In this document: in pieces, positions 27,808 to 37,126 of the stretch | How the letters are laid out: each line of letters opens with the position of its first letter | How positions within the stretch are numbered: the first letter of the stretch is position 1 | Source: Escherichia phage vB_EcoM_DE16 | DNA: 64,000 nucleotides | Reading direction: 5' to 3' (one strand) | Sequence record: OP595145.1 | The notes under the pieces: generated by a model | Database searches by the model: none | What the model saw: the letters and a program-made list of their open reading frames with translations, nothing else | What the model was told of the DNA's origin: nothing | Position numbers and translations under genes: made by a program

Positions 27808-28380
27808 TCAAATTATTAACGAAACCGCATGACTAAATCTTGGTTCAGATATAACCTCTGCTACAGTCACATATGTATCGTGCAGCCAAAAAGATTCTAC
27901 TCTACAAACACAAATACCGTTGATAATGAAATCTACACAGGATTTATTATTTTCGCACACCTGTTGACTATAAACAACCCCTAAAGAGTCATAAAGTGAT
28001 CTCACTGTTGCTACCATTTCATCTGTTTCGTCTTCGTGTGAAACAAAGAAGACGAATACAGACAAGTTATTAGCGAAAGTATTGCTATTCTCTACTTCAA
28101 CCGACTTACAAGGTAAAAAGGAGTAATATTTACCGCTAGGTATCAATTTCGCCTCAACCTGGTTAAGTATGCTTTGAGATGGTTTTGTTACATAAAAAAG
28201 ATTTTCTGTTGGGTTTTCAACATTACTCCTTACTATGCAACGAGTGGGGTTCGAAGGATCAAAAACATGATCGAAATCGACACACACAGGTAAGTTAACA
28301 ACTTTAAACTTTTTGCTAAGAATGCTTACTGCTGTAAAAATCAAACCAGCATTTATTTTGCCAGTGAAAGTTGAACGCAT
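27808..28380 (-). CDS. hypothetical protein (190 aa)
   Basis: ATG 28380 preceded by GAGGAG. Confidence 0.55.
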   Translation of the reverse strand: MRSTFTGKINAGLIFTAVSILSKKFKVVNLPVCVDFDHVFDPSNPTRCIVRSNVENPTENLFYVTKPSQSILNQVEAKLIPSGKYYSFLPCKSVEVENSNTFANNLSVFVFFVSHEDETDEMVATVRSLYDSLGVVYSQQVCENNKSCVDFIINGICVCRVESFWLHDTYVTVAEVISEPRFSHAVSLII

Positions 28381-28394
28381 AACTACTCCTCGGA

Positions 28395-28589
28395 TCATTC
28401 TACCAAAGAGAATTCCGCCTCTTCCAGGTAGATTACAGACCTTGTTGCATGATATTTAACGCTCCAGAAATTACCTTCGCGCCGTAAAAGTATCTCATTC
28501 ACATCAAGATTGCTTAGAAAAACCATATAACTTAAAGCTTGTTGACGCGTTGAGAATTGTTTCTCTAAAAGTTCTTCTCCGCTCTGCAT
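28395..28589 (-). CDS. hypothetical protein (64 aa)
   Basis: ORF in co-directional block. Confidence 0.45.
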   Translation of the reverse strand: MQSGEELLEKQFSTRQQALSYMVFLSNLDVNEILLRREGNFWSVKYHATRSVIYLEEAEFSLVE

Positions 28590-28634
28590 AATCCCTCCTT
28601 AAAATACTCCCTCCGAAAAGGGAGTATAAGTATA

Positions 28635-28838
28635 TCACGTAGTTGTTATGTTGTCTTCTTGGATATTAGAATCCACTTCTGCAAACATATCTTCTGCACT
28701 GTAATTATTTCCAGTCCAGCGTGATAAAAGGATAGCACCAATCTCTTTTGCATGAGATTCGGACTCCGCATAAACGTTAGTCCCAGTGTCACCTTTTTTC
28801 TTTTCATGTGCATAAATGCAGTAATAATTGTAAGCCAT
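28635..28838 (-). CDS. hypothetical protein (67 aa)
   Basis: ORF in co-directional block. Confidence 0.45.
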   Translation of the reverse strand: MAYNYYCIYAHEKKKGDTGTNVYAESESHAKEIGAILLSRWTGNNYSAEDMFAEVDSNIQEDNITTT

Positions 28839-29074
28839 TAATCTTCCCAGTCATTGCCCTCGGTAGAGTGAACTAAAGCTCGCACGATACCACCGTAATC
28901 TACTGCCTGATTTGCAGCATGTTCGGCATAAACTTCAATGGCTTTTTTGAAGAAAAGAGCAGTAGCTGCTTCAATATTATCCATTTCGCCATCTACGTCA
29001 GTAGAAAGTGAAAGGTTGAGGCTTTCATCTACTTCATCAAAATCAATAGCCACTGTCATAATTAGTTTACCCAT
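28838..29074 (-). CDS. hypothetical protein (78 aa)
   Basis: ORF in co-directional block. Confidence 0.45.
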   Translation of the reverse strand: MGKLIMTVAIDFDEVDESLNLSLSTDVDGEMDNIEAATALFFKKAIEVYAEHAANQAVDYGGIVRALVHSTEGNDWED

Positions 29075-29086
29075 AGTTCACACTCC

Positions 29087-29596
29087 TTAAACAAAATAAA
29101 ATGGTTGAGAGAGGCCCAAACGATTCTTTGGGTCGTATACATACCAAGCGTATGCTGTCTTATCTGTTCCACCTGCAACAAACGAAGGCCGTTCTGAAAG
29201 GACTATAAGGTTTGTTGGTGGATTCTTTTGATGGAACTCTCGTCGTTTCTTTGACTCCAAGAAGCCCAACCGAAGAAGATAAATACAAACATCCGCCTCT
29301 TTTAAGCTCTTTTCCAAGAACTCCATTGCTAACTTGAATGGAGGATTTGTGATTATAATGTCGGGACGATTTTCCCATTCATGACTAAAATAATCTTTAC
29401 CTTCTTCAAGTTCACAATATTCTGAACCTTCAGGAAAATGGCGATAAATCGCTTCAGCTTCACCTCTACAAGGTTCTGCAAAAACCCAACCTTCTTCCTT
29501 TAGATTTTTGAAATCTATAACACTAAACAAACTATTGATTGCTTTTTGCGGTGTCGGATAATAATCGCTCGTTGGGCGATCATAATCTAATGCCAT
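29087..29596 (-). CDS. putative N6-adenine methyltransferase (NPPF motif)
   Basis: IIITNPPF matches motif IV (D/N-P-P-F/Y) of amino-methyltransferases; 169 aa. Confidence 0.5.
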   Translation of the reverse strand: MALDYDRPTSDYYPTPQKAINSLFSVIDFKNLKEEGWVFAEPCRGEAEAIYRHFPEGSEYCELEEGKDYFSHEWENRPDIIITNPPFKLAMEFLEKSLKEADVCIYLLRLGFLESKKRREFHQKNPPTNLIVLSERPSFVAGGTDKTAYAWYVYDPKNRLGLSQPFYFV

Positions 29597-30014
29597 CTAA
29601 AATCTCCTCTTTTGTAATATTATCCAACTCTTTAAAGGATGAAATCTCATTTAATAGTCCTATTTGATCAGCCTCTAGAGGATAAGTGTTTTTATCTGTT
29701 TTTCTAGACAGAATATCTTCAACAAACTTATCAATAGCCAAAGAAGAATCATAAAATTTTAAAAGTTGGTAATCCATAGGAGATATTTTGTCATCTCTTA
29801 GAAATATTTCTAACATGTTTTCAGGAGTATCGTGGTTTAGTTTATGTTCACCAAAAATATTAACTTCGTAAACATCTTTGCCAAACCAACGTTTTTTCTT
29901 TTCAACAGTATAGGTTTTTGCCACCAGACCATCTAAACAGTTTCTTGCCCTCTTACATGTTTGACGGTAAGAGTGGATAGCGCCTTCAACAAACTTAGCA
30001 GGAACTTGTAACAT
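29580..30014 (-). CDS. hypothetical protein (144 aa)
   Basis: ORF in co-directional block. Confidence 0.5.
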   Translation of the reverse strand: MLQVPAKFVEGAIHSYRQTCKRARNCLDGLVAKTYTVEKKKRWFGKDVYEVNIFGEHKLNHDTPENMLEIFLRDDKISPMDYQLLKFYDSSLAIDKFVEDILSRKTDKNTYPLEADQIGLLNEISSFKELDNITKEEILDGIRL

Positions 30015-30038
30015 TATTAATCTCCTATGTTTAAGAAA

Positions 30039-30054
30039 TGCCCCCGAAGGGGCA
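30039..30054 (-). terminator. GC-rich tetraloop hairpin (UGCCCC-UUCG-GGGGCA on minus strand)
   Basis: perfect 6-bp stem between two minus-strand genes. Confidence 0.5.
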
Positions 30055-30059
30055 GTTTG

Positions 30060-30752
30060 TTAAATAGCGGTTCCTTCGAAATCCGCCACATTTACGAGAT
30101 TAATATTTTCAGATTTAGAAGTCAAGTTGTTTTCTGCAACAGATTTTTCTTCAGTATCCGCCTCGTTACCTGCCACGTTACGAGGTTCTTCTTCACCGTA
30201 GGGATTACCGAATTTCAAAAGATTGATTAATTCTTCTTTGGAGAAGTTTTCTAAATCATCGTCTGTTAATTCAATAATCTCGTCTTGTTCTTCAATAAAT
30301 GTTTCACCACCAGAAAAAGCATCTCGCTTTTTAGCTACTTCCATAGCCTGTTCTGGTGTTGCCCCTGCATCAAGAGCAGCTAAAGCAAAGTCTGACCCGC
30401 TTCCTACCGCATAATATTCTTCATCAATCGGATATGCACGTGTTGGGTTGTTACCTTCGTGCAGGAAAATACGTCCGTCTGGATGAACAACAAGTGCAAT
30501 AAACTCTTCATCTTCTTTATCTGGATCAGAGTGAATCATCAAACCAGGGACAGCATCACGTGCTGCTTCGCACTGTAGATTTTGTTCAAACCATTGAAAG
30601 AAAGAAAGCACGGAGGTCAGACGACCAGCACCACCTACAAGGTAATCTCCAATTTTTCGGACCTTTTTGAAATTAATAGAATCTACACGTCCACCAAAAG
30701 TTACCTTACCGTCACTCAAAATCTTATTTTTGGTTGCAATAATTGTCGTCAC
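30060..30752 (-). CDS. HslV-like Ntn-hydrolase peptidase (proteasome beta-type) with acidic C-terminal extension
   Basis: N-terminus MTTIIATKN (Thr right after Met), KKVRK, VGGAGRLTSVLSFFQWFEQNL and AVGSGSDFALAA align with HslV landmarks. Confidence 0.6.
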   Translation of the reverse strand: MTTIIATKNKILSDGKVTFGGRVDSINFKKVRKIGDYLVGGAGRLTSVLSFFQWFEQNLQCEAARDAVPGLMIHSDPDKEDEEFIALVVHPDGRIFLHEGNNPTRAYPIDEEYYAVGSGSDFALAALDAGATPEQAMEVAKKRDAFSGGETFIEEQDEIIELTDDDLENFSKEELINLLKFGNPYGEEEPRNVAGNEADTEEKSVAENNLTSKSENINLVNVADFEGTAI

Positions 30753-31255
30753 TATTCTTCCTCCTCTGTTAATGTTTTAAGAACCGCTTTCCCGCCATTC
30801 ACATATTTGCAGATGTATTCTATCGCACGTAGTGTCTCTTTGTCAACAAAAATTTGATCGGACGTTGCGAGCGGGTTATTAAGAAGATCACTGCAATCAC
30901 GAACAAGCAGTGCTTTCTTATTAAACAAATTACTTAAGAACAGTAACTTCGCCTCTTCTTCTGTTATGTGCAGAAGGCTAGGATCGGAGCCAGCTATTCC
31001 TATTATACAATCAAACAAGCTTTCTTTACTATCAGAAAGTTCTTGAAAATGGTTTAAAAGCCAATCTTCTCCTAGACACCAACATTTAAACATTTCCAGT
31101 TTATCTCGGAGGGTCATATTCTCTAAAGTAAGAGCAATCTCTTTTTCAATATGGTTTACACAAATTTGACGAAATTCGTTAGGTTTTACGAGTCCCGTTT
31201 GATAGCACTCATCTATACCGCTTCTTCCGATAGCTATTGTTGCTACACCCATCAA
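30752..31255 (-). CDS. hypothetical protein (167 aa)
   Basis: ORF in co-directional block. Confidence 0.5.
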   Translation of the reverse strand: MMGVATIAIGRSGIDECYQTGLVKPNEFRQICVNHIEKEIALTLENMTLRDKLEMFKCWCLGEDWLLNHFQELSDSKESLFDCIIGIAGSDPSLLHITEEEAKLLFLSNLFNKKALLVRDCSDLLNNPLATSDQIFVDKETLRAIEYICKYVNGGKAVLKTLTEEEE

Positions 31256-31287
31256 TCCTCCTTATAAATGGCTTCCCTGCCATGTTA

Positions 31288-32046
31288 TTAAATAAACACT
31301 TCAGTAATCAGTTTAGACAAACGTCCACGTTTATTATCGTCCGTTGTCAGTTCAACGTATCCAATAAAATCTACAATTGGCTCACGAACACCTTCTTCAT
31401 TTTCTGGATACAAAAGTTCCAAAATTTGATGCAGACCATTGCTACGTTTTTTAATTGCATATGTCTGGCGAACATCGCCTAATACAATAACATGCGTATT
31501 AATACCTGCACGTTCAATAAGAAGTTTAAGTGTTTCTGTTGACATAAGTTGTGCTTCGTCAATAATGACGATTGTATTATCCAGGGTAGCCCCCAACAAA
31601 TAGTTAGGAATATTCAATTCGATCTTACCTGATCCAATATCGTTTTCCAATTTGTTGGCTGTCATGAATTGCTGGAAAATACGTTTTGTAGATTCATAGT
31701 GTGCTGCTAGTTTATCTGTTTTATCCCCAGACAAGAAACCAATCTGGTCATCTCCGACTTCAGTAGGGTTCTTAATAAAAAGTAGTTTACGGAAGTCTCC
31801 TGAACGAAGCATCTGCAAAGCTTTCCATAAAGCAACAGAGGTTTTACCAGTCCCTGCCGGAGCATTTACAACAGTCAGATCATTCCAAATCATGCTTTGA
31901 ACAATCTTATTTTGGTCCCCTTCAGGCATAAATTCATCTAAACGGTAATCGTCATTACCTACCGCTTTTGCTGCATAACGGCTTTCAATCTTTGCTGAAT
32001 TAGCCAGTTTCTGCCGTTGTGTTTTAGCTGCGGTTTTATTTCCCAT
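31288..32046 (-). CDS. phoH: PhoH-like ATPase
   Basis: Walker A NAPAGTGKTS and PhoH-like downstream conservation; ATG 32046 after AAAGGAG. Confidence 0.8.
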   Translation of the reverse strand: MGNKTAAKTQRQKLANSAKIESRYAAKAVGNDDYRLDEFMPEGDQNKIVQSMIWNDLTVVNAPAGTGKTSVALWKALQMLRSGDFRKLLFIKNPTEVGDDQIGFLSGDKTDKLAAHYESTKRIFQQFMTANKLENDIGSGKIELNIPNYLLGATLDNTIVIIDEAQLMSTETLKLLIERAGINTHVIVLGDVRQTYAIKKRSNGLHQILELLYPENEEGVREPIVDFIGYVELTTDDNKRGRLSKLITEVFI

Positions 32047-32063
32047 AGTAGCACTCCTTTTAG

Positions 32064-32081
32064 AAGGGGCCGAAGCCCCTT
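32064..32081 (-). terminator. intercistronic hairpin GGGGCUUCGGCCCC
   Basis: between lysozyme stop and phoH SD; identical core to 19964 and 38233 copies. Confidence 0.55.
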
Positions 32082-32083
32082 TA

Positions 32084-32584
32084 TTAGTTGTAAGCATCTA
32101 AAGTTCCAGAAGTCAGAACTTTAATTACTCGTTCAGCACGGTTTGGCGTCTGGCTATACCATCGGCTTTTACGCATGTTTTTACCTGCTTGAGTATAATA
32201 TGCATTGCTGATTAAAGTCAAGCTATTTTGAAACCCTTCAGCACCTTTTAACCCCAACTGGAAAACCATGTTGATTATTCCCAGTTTACGAGTATCACTA
32301 ACCTTATCATAGATTGGTGATAAGATAGTACTGTTTTTTATGTCTCTCTTCACTTTTGCAACATCGTCAGCAAAGATTTGACGGGCTTCTTTTTCTGTGA
32401 TAACTCCATTAGTCTTACGACCAAGAAGATTATCTAAGATTTGAATAGCCTTTGCTTTATCTTTTATTTTAGTCAGAAGGTGTCCTATGCCGACTGTCCA
32501 ATAACCAAGATGGTCTTGATAAACAGTAAGCTTCAGTCCTTCATCGACTCGTAGCATATCAAACTCATCTACTACTTTAGCCAT
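32084..32584 (-). CDS. T4-type lysozyme (glycoside hydrolase family 24 endolysin)
   Basis: MLRVDEGLKLTVYQDHLGYWTVGIGHL and RWYSQTPNRAERV mirror T4 lysozyme landmark segments. Confidence 0.85.
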   Translation of the reverse strand: MAKVVDEFDMLRVDEGLKLTVYQDHLGYWTVGIGHLLTKIKDKAKAIQILDNLLGRKTNGVITEKEARQIFADDVAKVKRDIKNSTILSPIYDKVSDTRKLGIINMVFQLGLKGAEGFQNSLTLISNAYYTQAGKNMRKSRWYSQTPNRAERVIKVLTSGTLDAYN

Positions 32585-32746
32585 TTACTTCCTATTCGTC
32601 GTCTCCTACTCCGTGATCCAACTCGTTAAACAACAGATGTTCTGGAGAAGTTTCACGTTTTGGTTTCGTTTTCTTTATGTTGGACTTCAGCTCATTTGCC
32701 AAAGCACGAGAAAAGATCTTACGTTTCTGTTTACTTTTCATAATTG

Positions 32747-33007
32747 TTACTCCGCAATTTGAGCCATGAGATCACGCAGTTCGGTAAAACCGCCTACGTA
32801 TGTTACCTCCCCGTTCACTTCAGACAGAATTTGTGGAAATGTGCGTGGAGGAACTCCGGTAAGATCAACAACTGTTTTAGTCATTGATTCTAAATCATAG
32901 TCTTGGTCAAGACTTAAATATTCAAACTGTTTATTGCGCATAGTCAATAGTTGTTTTGACATTTCACAAAATTGACAGTTAGGTTTACCAAAAATTACAA
33001 ATTCCAT
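32747..33007 (-). CDS. glutaredoxin-like protein (CxxC redoxin)
   Basis: 86 aa, FGKPNCQFC active-site motif. Confidence 0.7.
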   Translation of the reverse strand: MEFVIFGKPNCQFCEMSKQLLTMRNKQFEYLSLDQDYDLESMTKTVVDLTGVPPRTFPQILSEVNGEVTYVGGFTELRDLMAQIAE

Positions 33008-33849
33008 TACCTCTCCTTATTAAGTAATACTGCTAAAGACTGTTCAATACCTTTATTTAAATCTGATTTTGTAAGATAGTGACTGGTTACTAGTTGTGAC
33101 TTCACCGGACGTGCTGCTGGAGCATTATAGGTTGAAGCTGATACCGCCGATATCTTAACAGGTTCTGGCATCTGTGTCAAGATCTTTTCCGCAAACTCCG
33201 CCCAAGAAATAAGATGGCTTCCTGCAAAATGGTAAGTCTTAACAGACCTTGACCAACCTGTTTTTAATACTTCAAAAATAGCTTCTGCTAAATCTGGAGC
33301 ATATGTTGGACAAGATAACTGATCAGCAACAATAATAAAATCACGTTGTCCATCATTATAGCGAGACAACATGGTTTTTAGAAAGTTATTTCCAAATTCG
33401 CTATATACCGAGGCTGTTCGAATAATATATGCATTTGGGTTAACTCCTCGCACCATTTTTTCACCAAGTTCTTTCGTATACCCATAATTGTTTATTGGGT
33501 TAGGTGTAGTATCTTCAAAAATAGGATGAGAATAATTAAAAATATAGTCTGTGGAAATATGCACAAAATCAATTTTAAGTTTGCTGCACACTGCCGCAAT
33601 ATTTGCAGGGCCATAAGCATTAACAGCCAAAGCAGTAGCAAAATCTTGTTCGGCTTTATCTACAGCCGTATAAGCGGCGCAATTAATAACACCATCTACA
33701 TAATCTTCAACAATAGCGTTTCGCACAGCTTCAAAATTTGTAATATCTACACGTTCTTTAGGATAAATTAAAGATACATTTGCAGGAGCAACTTTACGTA
33801 AAGCTTGTCCCAGTTGTCCATTACCACCCAATACCAGATATGTTAGCAT
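33007..33849 (-). CDS. rmlD: dTDP-4-dehydrorhamnose reductase
   Basis: N-terminal LVLGGNGQLG Rossmann motif, length 280 aa, position in rmlBACD cluster. Confidence 0.75.
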   Translation of the reverse strand: MLTYLVLGGNGQLGQALRKVAPANVSLIYPKERVDITNFEAVRNAIVEDYVDGVINCAAYTAVDKAEQDFATALAVNAYGPANIAAVCSKLKIDFVHISTDYIFNYSHPIFEDTTPNPINNYGYTKELGEKMVRGVNPNAYIIRTASVYSEFGNNFLKTMLSRYNDGQRDFIIVADQLSCPTYAPDLAEAIFEVLKTGWSRSVKTYHFAGSHLISWAEFAEKILTQMPEPVKISAVSASTYNAPAARPVKSQLVTSHYLTKSDLNKGIEQSLAVLLNKER

Positions 33850-34409
33850 ACACCCTCGCTACGTAACTGTTGAAAAGATTTAGCCATTGCATCTTTTGTT
33901 GATAGGATAGGTTTAAAACCTTCATCAAAAATCATATCGAAGCCCCAATCGATCCCTATATCAGGATCATCCCAACGTAAACTTTGTTCACTAGAAGGGT
34001 CGTATGGAGTTGTGCATTTGTATTCAAAGATAGCATCCATACTCAAAACTATAAAACCATGTGCCAAACCAGGTGGAAGCCAAAACTGCGTATGGTGTCG
34101 TGCACGAAGAACAACACCGTCCCAAGCACCGTAAGTAGGACTATCTTTACGTAAGTCTACAGCGAAATCCAATACTTCACCACTTACACAACGAACAAGC
34201 TTACCTTGCGGATTATTTGTTTGAAAGTGCATTCCTCGCAAAACACCGAAGTTTGATTTAGACATGTTATCTTGAACGAAAGTTTGTCTACCAATAATAT
34301 CTTCGTATTTTTGTTCATTATATGTTTCTAAAAAGAAACCACGGTCATCTTTATAAACGTCTGGTTTGATAATTACCGCACCTTCAATTTTTGTTTTTTC
34401 TACTTTCAT
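33843..34409 (-). CDS. rmlC: dTDP-4-dehydrorhamnose 3,5-epimerase
   Basis: cupin-type RmlC region [12 protein letters not shown]; start at ATG 34409 overlapping rmlA stop (ATGA). Confidence 0.75.
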   Translation of the reverse strand: MKVEKTKIEGAVIIKPDVYKDDRGFFLETYNEQKYEDIIGRQTFVQDNMSKSNFGVLRGMHFQTNNPQGKLVRCVSGEVLDFAVDLRKDSPTYGAWDGVVLRARHHTQFWLPPGLAHGFIVLSMDAIFEYKCTTPYDPSSEQSLRWDDPDIGIDWGFDMIFDEGFKPILSTKDAMAKSFQQLRSEGVC

Positions 34410-35284
34410 TTTCCCTCCGCTAATTTGAGTAGGTATTGCCCGTACTCTGTTTTCTTCAGTGAGTTTCCATGATAGACCAAAGTCTCTAAAGAAATCCACC
34501 CTTTTTTGAAAGCAATTTCTTCCAGGCACGCAATCTTCAATCCTTGACAGTTCTCAATAGTCTGCACGAATTGACCAGCTTCCATCAGACTGGCGTGTGT
34601 TCCTGTATCAAGCCAAGTAAATCCTCGTCCGAGAACTTCTACTTGTAACTTCCTGTCTTCGAGGTAGCTGCGATTGATATCGGTGATCTCCAGTTCTCCA
34701 CGCGCGGAAGGGGTTACTTCTAATGCACGTTGAATAACAGAGTTATCATAGAAATACAAACCTGTGACAGCATAATCTGATTTAGGATTTTCAGGTTTCT
34801 CTTCAATAGAAATAACTTGACGATTACTCCCAAATTCAACCACACCGAATCGTTCAGGATCTTTCACCAAACACCCGAAGATACAAGCTCCGCCCCAAAC
34901 ATCTACCATCTCACTAGCGTTAATCAGTAGTTTACCAAAGCTTTGTCCGAAGAATAGGTTGTCACCTAAAATAAGAGCAACAGAGTCTTCTCCGATAAAA
35001 TCTTTACCGATGATGAAAGCGTCCGCAAGACCTCGTGGCTCGGATTGGATTGCGTAAGTGAGTTTTATCCCAAACATAGACCCATCTCCAAGAAGATGCT
35101 CAAAGTCTTCCTGATCGCCTGGTGTGGTGATGATTAAGATATCCTTAATGTCAGCCAACATCAATACCGATAAAGGGTAGTAGATCATGGGTTTGTCATA
35201 CACAGGGAGCAATTGCTTGCTCACACTGCGTGTTACCGGATGAAGGCGGGTTCCACTTCCTCCCGCCAAAATAATACCTTTCAT
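34406..35284 (-). CDS. rmlA: glucose-1-phosphate thymidylyltransferase
   Basis: [11 protein letters not shown] ... [17 protein letters not shown] signature. Confidence 0.85.
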   Translation of the reverse strand: MKGIILAGGSGTRLHPVTRSVSKQLLPVYDKPMIYYPLSVLMLADIKDILIITTPGDQEDFEHLLGDGSMFGIKLTYAIQSEPRGLADAFIIGKDFIGEDSVALILGDNLFFGQSFGKLLINASEMVDVWGGACIFGCLVKDPERFGVVEFGSNRQVISIEEKPENPKSDYAVTGLYFYDNSVIQRALEVTPSARGELEITDINRSYLEDRKLQVEVLGRGFTWLDTGTHASLMEAGQFVQTIENCQGLKIACLEEIAFKKGWISLETLVYHGNSLKKTEYGQYLLKLAEGK

Positions 35285-35292
35285 AACCCTCC

Positions 35293-36285
35293 TTAAATCT
35301 TCTCACTCCACCATTGAGGGTTGTTTAAGTACCATTCAATCGTTGAGTAGAGATCTTGTTCAAATGTAGAGTTTGCACTCCAACCCAGTTCAGACTCTAT
35401 TTTAGAAGGATTGATTTCATAACGCAAGTCATGTCCTTTACGATCTTCAACAAAAGTTATCAAGTTGGAAGAAGGGTAGGTTCCTGCTTCTGGATGTACA
35501 GCATCCATGTAGTCACAAACCATATAGATGATCTCCATATTGGTTTTGGGATTACGTGTTCCAACATTATACGTTTGACCTGGTTCTCCACCTGTTGCCA
35601 CTTGAAGAATAGCTCGCGCATGATCCTCAACAAAAAGCCAGTCTCGCACCTGATCGCCTTTACCATACACCGGAATCTCTTTATTCGTCAAGATACTTGT
35701 GATGATTTTTGGGATCAGCTTTTCTGGATGTTGATAAGGTCCAAAGTTATTGGAGCAGTTGGTTATCACAACAGGTAAACCGTAGGTACGGTACCAAGCT
35801 TTCACAAGATGGTCAGATGCTGCCTTAGACGCACTGTACGGGCTTGAAGGAGCATAAGCTGTCTCTTCGGTAAAGGGAACGCCAGAGTCTGCCATATCGC
35901 CGTACACTTCGTCTGTGGAGACGTGTACGAACATCTTCAGTTTATTTTTTGGGAGGAGCCTTGCAGCTTCCAATAAATTGTATGTGCCAATAATATTGGA
36001 GTCGATGAAAACTCGTGGATTCTTGATAGAATTATCCACATGACTCTCTGCCGCTAAGTGAATGATGAAATCGGGATTGCACTCTACTACTAAACTTTTG
36101 ACCTGGGTTTCGTTTGCCAAATCTGTTATGCTTAGTTTAACGTGAGTGATATCGCCTACATTCTCAATATCTGCTGCATAGCCCATCTTATCAACGACAA
36201 AAACTTCGTTATTGGGATCTTGACAAAGAGAGCGCACCACGGCACTCCCAATAAAACCAAGACCACCTGTTACCAGATAGCGCAT
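35293..36285 (-). CDS. rmlB: dTDP-glucose 4,6-dehydratase
   Basis: [10 protein letters not shown] Rossmann motif and YSASK catalytic Y-x3-K. Confidence 0.85.
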   Translation of the reverse strand: MRYLVTGGLGFIGSAVVRSLCQDPNNEVFVVDKMGYAADIENVGDITHVKLSITDLANETQVKSLVVECNPDFIIHLAAESHVDNSIKNPRVFIDSNIIGTYNLLEAARLLPKNKLKMFVHVSTDEVYGDMADSGVPFTEETAYAPSSPYSASKAASDHLVKAWYRTYGLPVVITNCSNNFGPYQHPEKLIPKIITSILTNKEIPVYGKGDQVRDWLFVEDHARAILQVATGGEPGQTYNVGTRNPKTNMEIIYMVCDYMDAVHPEAGTYPSSNLITFVEDRKGHDLRYEINPSKIESELGWSANSTFEQDLYSTIEWYLNNPQWWSEKI

Positions 36286-36294
36286 CAGTTCTCC

Positions 36295-36621
36295 TTACCA
36301 GACGTTTTGTGATACTAACGTTTCAGTTTCAATATGGTACTTCTCGTAGAGTTCGAAATAAATCTCATTAGCTTTTTTATCCAAACTTGTGAGGTCTATT
36401 GCCCGTGCGCTGCATCCTGACGCAAGTTCAATACCAAAGACACAATCTTCAGGATCTGCATCATACCACGGGGAGACACTCACTAACCCAATACCTTCGT
36501 AAAGAAACCAGTTGAAATCCCCATCGAATTGATCCTCAATCTGCGGATCGCCTTTAAACACTTCTTCCCATTTCTTATATGGTGCGCCTTGCACCATCTT
36601 CCATTCGATATCAATCCCCAT
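36295..36621 (-). CDS. hypothetical protein (108 aa)
   Basis: ORF in co-directional block. Confidence 0.5.
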   Translation of the reverse strand: MGIDIEWKMVQGAPYKKWEEVFKGDPQIEDQFDGDFNWFLYEGIGLVSVSPWYDADPEDCVFGIELASGCSARAIDLTSLDKKANEIYFELYEKYHIETETLVSQNVW

Positions 36622-36916
36622 TTTTCATCTCCTCCTCTTCTTGAGCAGCTTTAATAATTGCTTCATAAATATCGTAAGCAATGCCTCCACAACATCTAGC
36701 TTCGAAAGCTATTGCTTCTGCAATGTGATCTGTTAATTCTCGTGGAATGCGGACATACTCTTTTTCACTCTCCATCTTCTACCTCCAACCCTTCTTTTTC
36801 AAAGACTACTACTCGTCCCTCACCATGACAATTCAGGCAAGGAAATGTTACCATAATTTCCACTTCCATCTGTCCCGTCCCACCACACACAGGACAAAAA
36901 ATAAGTTTTTCAGCCA

Positions 36917-37126
36917 CTATTCCTCCTTAATTATTTCAAATTTGGCAACACCATTTACAATAATATGACCACAAGACATAACTCCTAGCCAAGGATCGCC
37001 GTTTTTCTTCAGGCGTTTACCGAATACATCACAAAAACCATTCTTCATTTCAGAGGCTTCATAAGAAGCCCCTTTATCAAAAACGTCTTTGAATGTGTCG
37101 ATTATACCAACACATTTCAAAATCAT
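36917..37126 (-). CDS. hypothetical protein (69 aa)
   Basis: ORF immediately downstream of nrdB. Confidence 0.45.
   Translation of the reverse strand: MILKCVGIIDTFKDVFDKGASYEASEMKNGFCDVFGKRLKKNGDPWLGVMSCGHIIVNGVAKFEIIKEE

Noticed and set aside
36619-36923. Two small minus-strand ORFs (~50 aa each) between the 36295 gene and the 36917 gene, one a Cys-rich zinc-ribbon-like peptide
   Set aside because: Below the ORF-track size cutoff; plausible (one has AGGAGG plus GTG start) but coordinates were not verified carefully enough to list as features.
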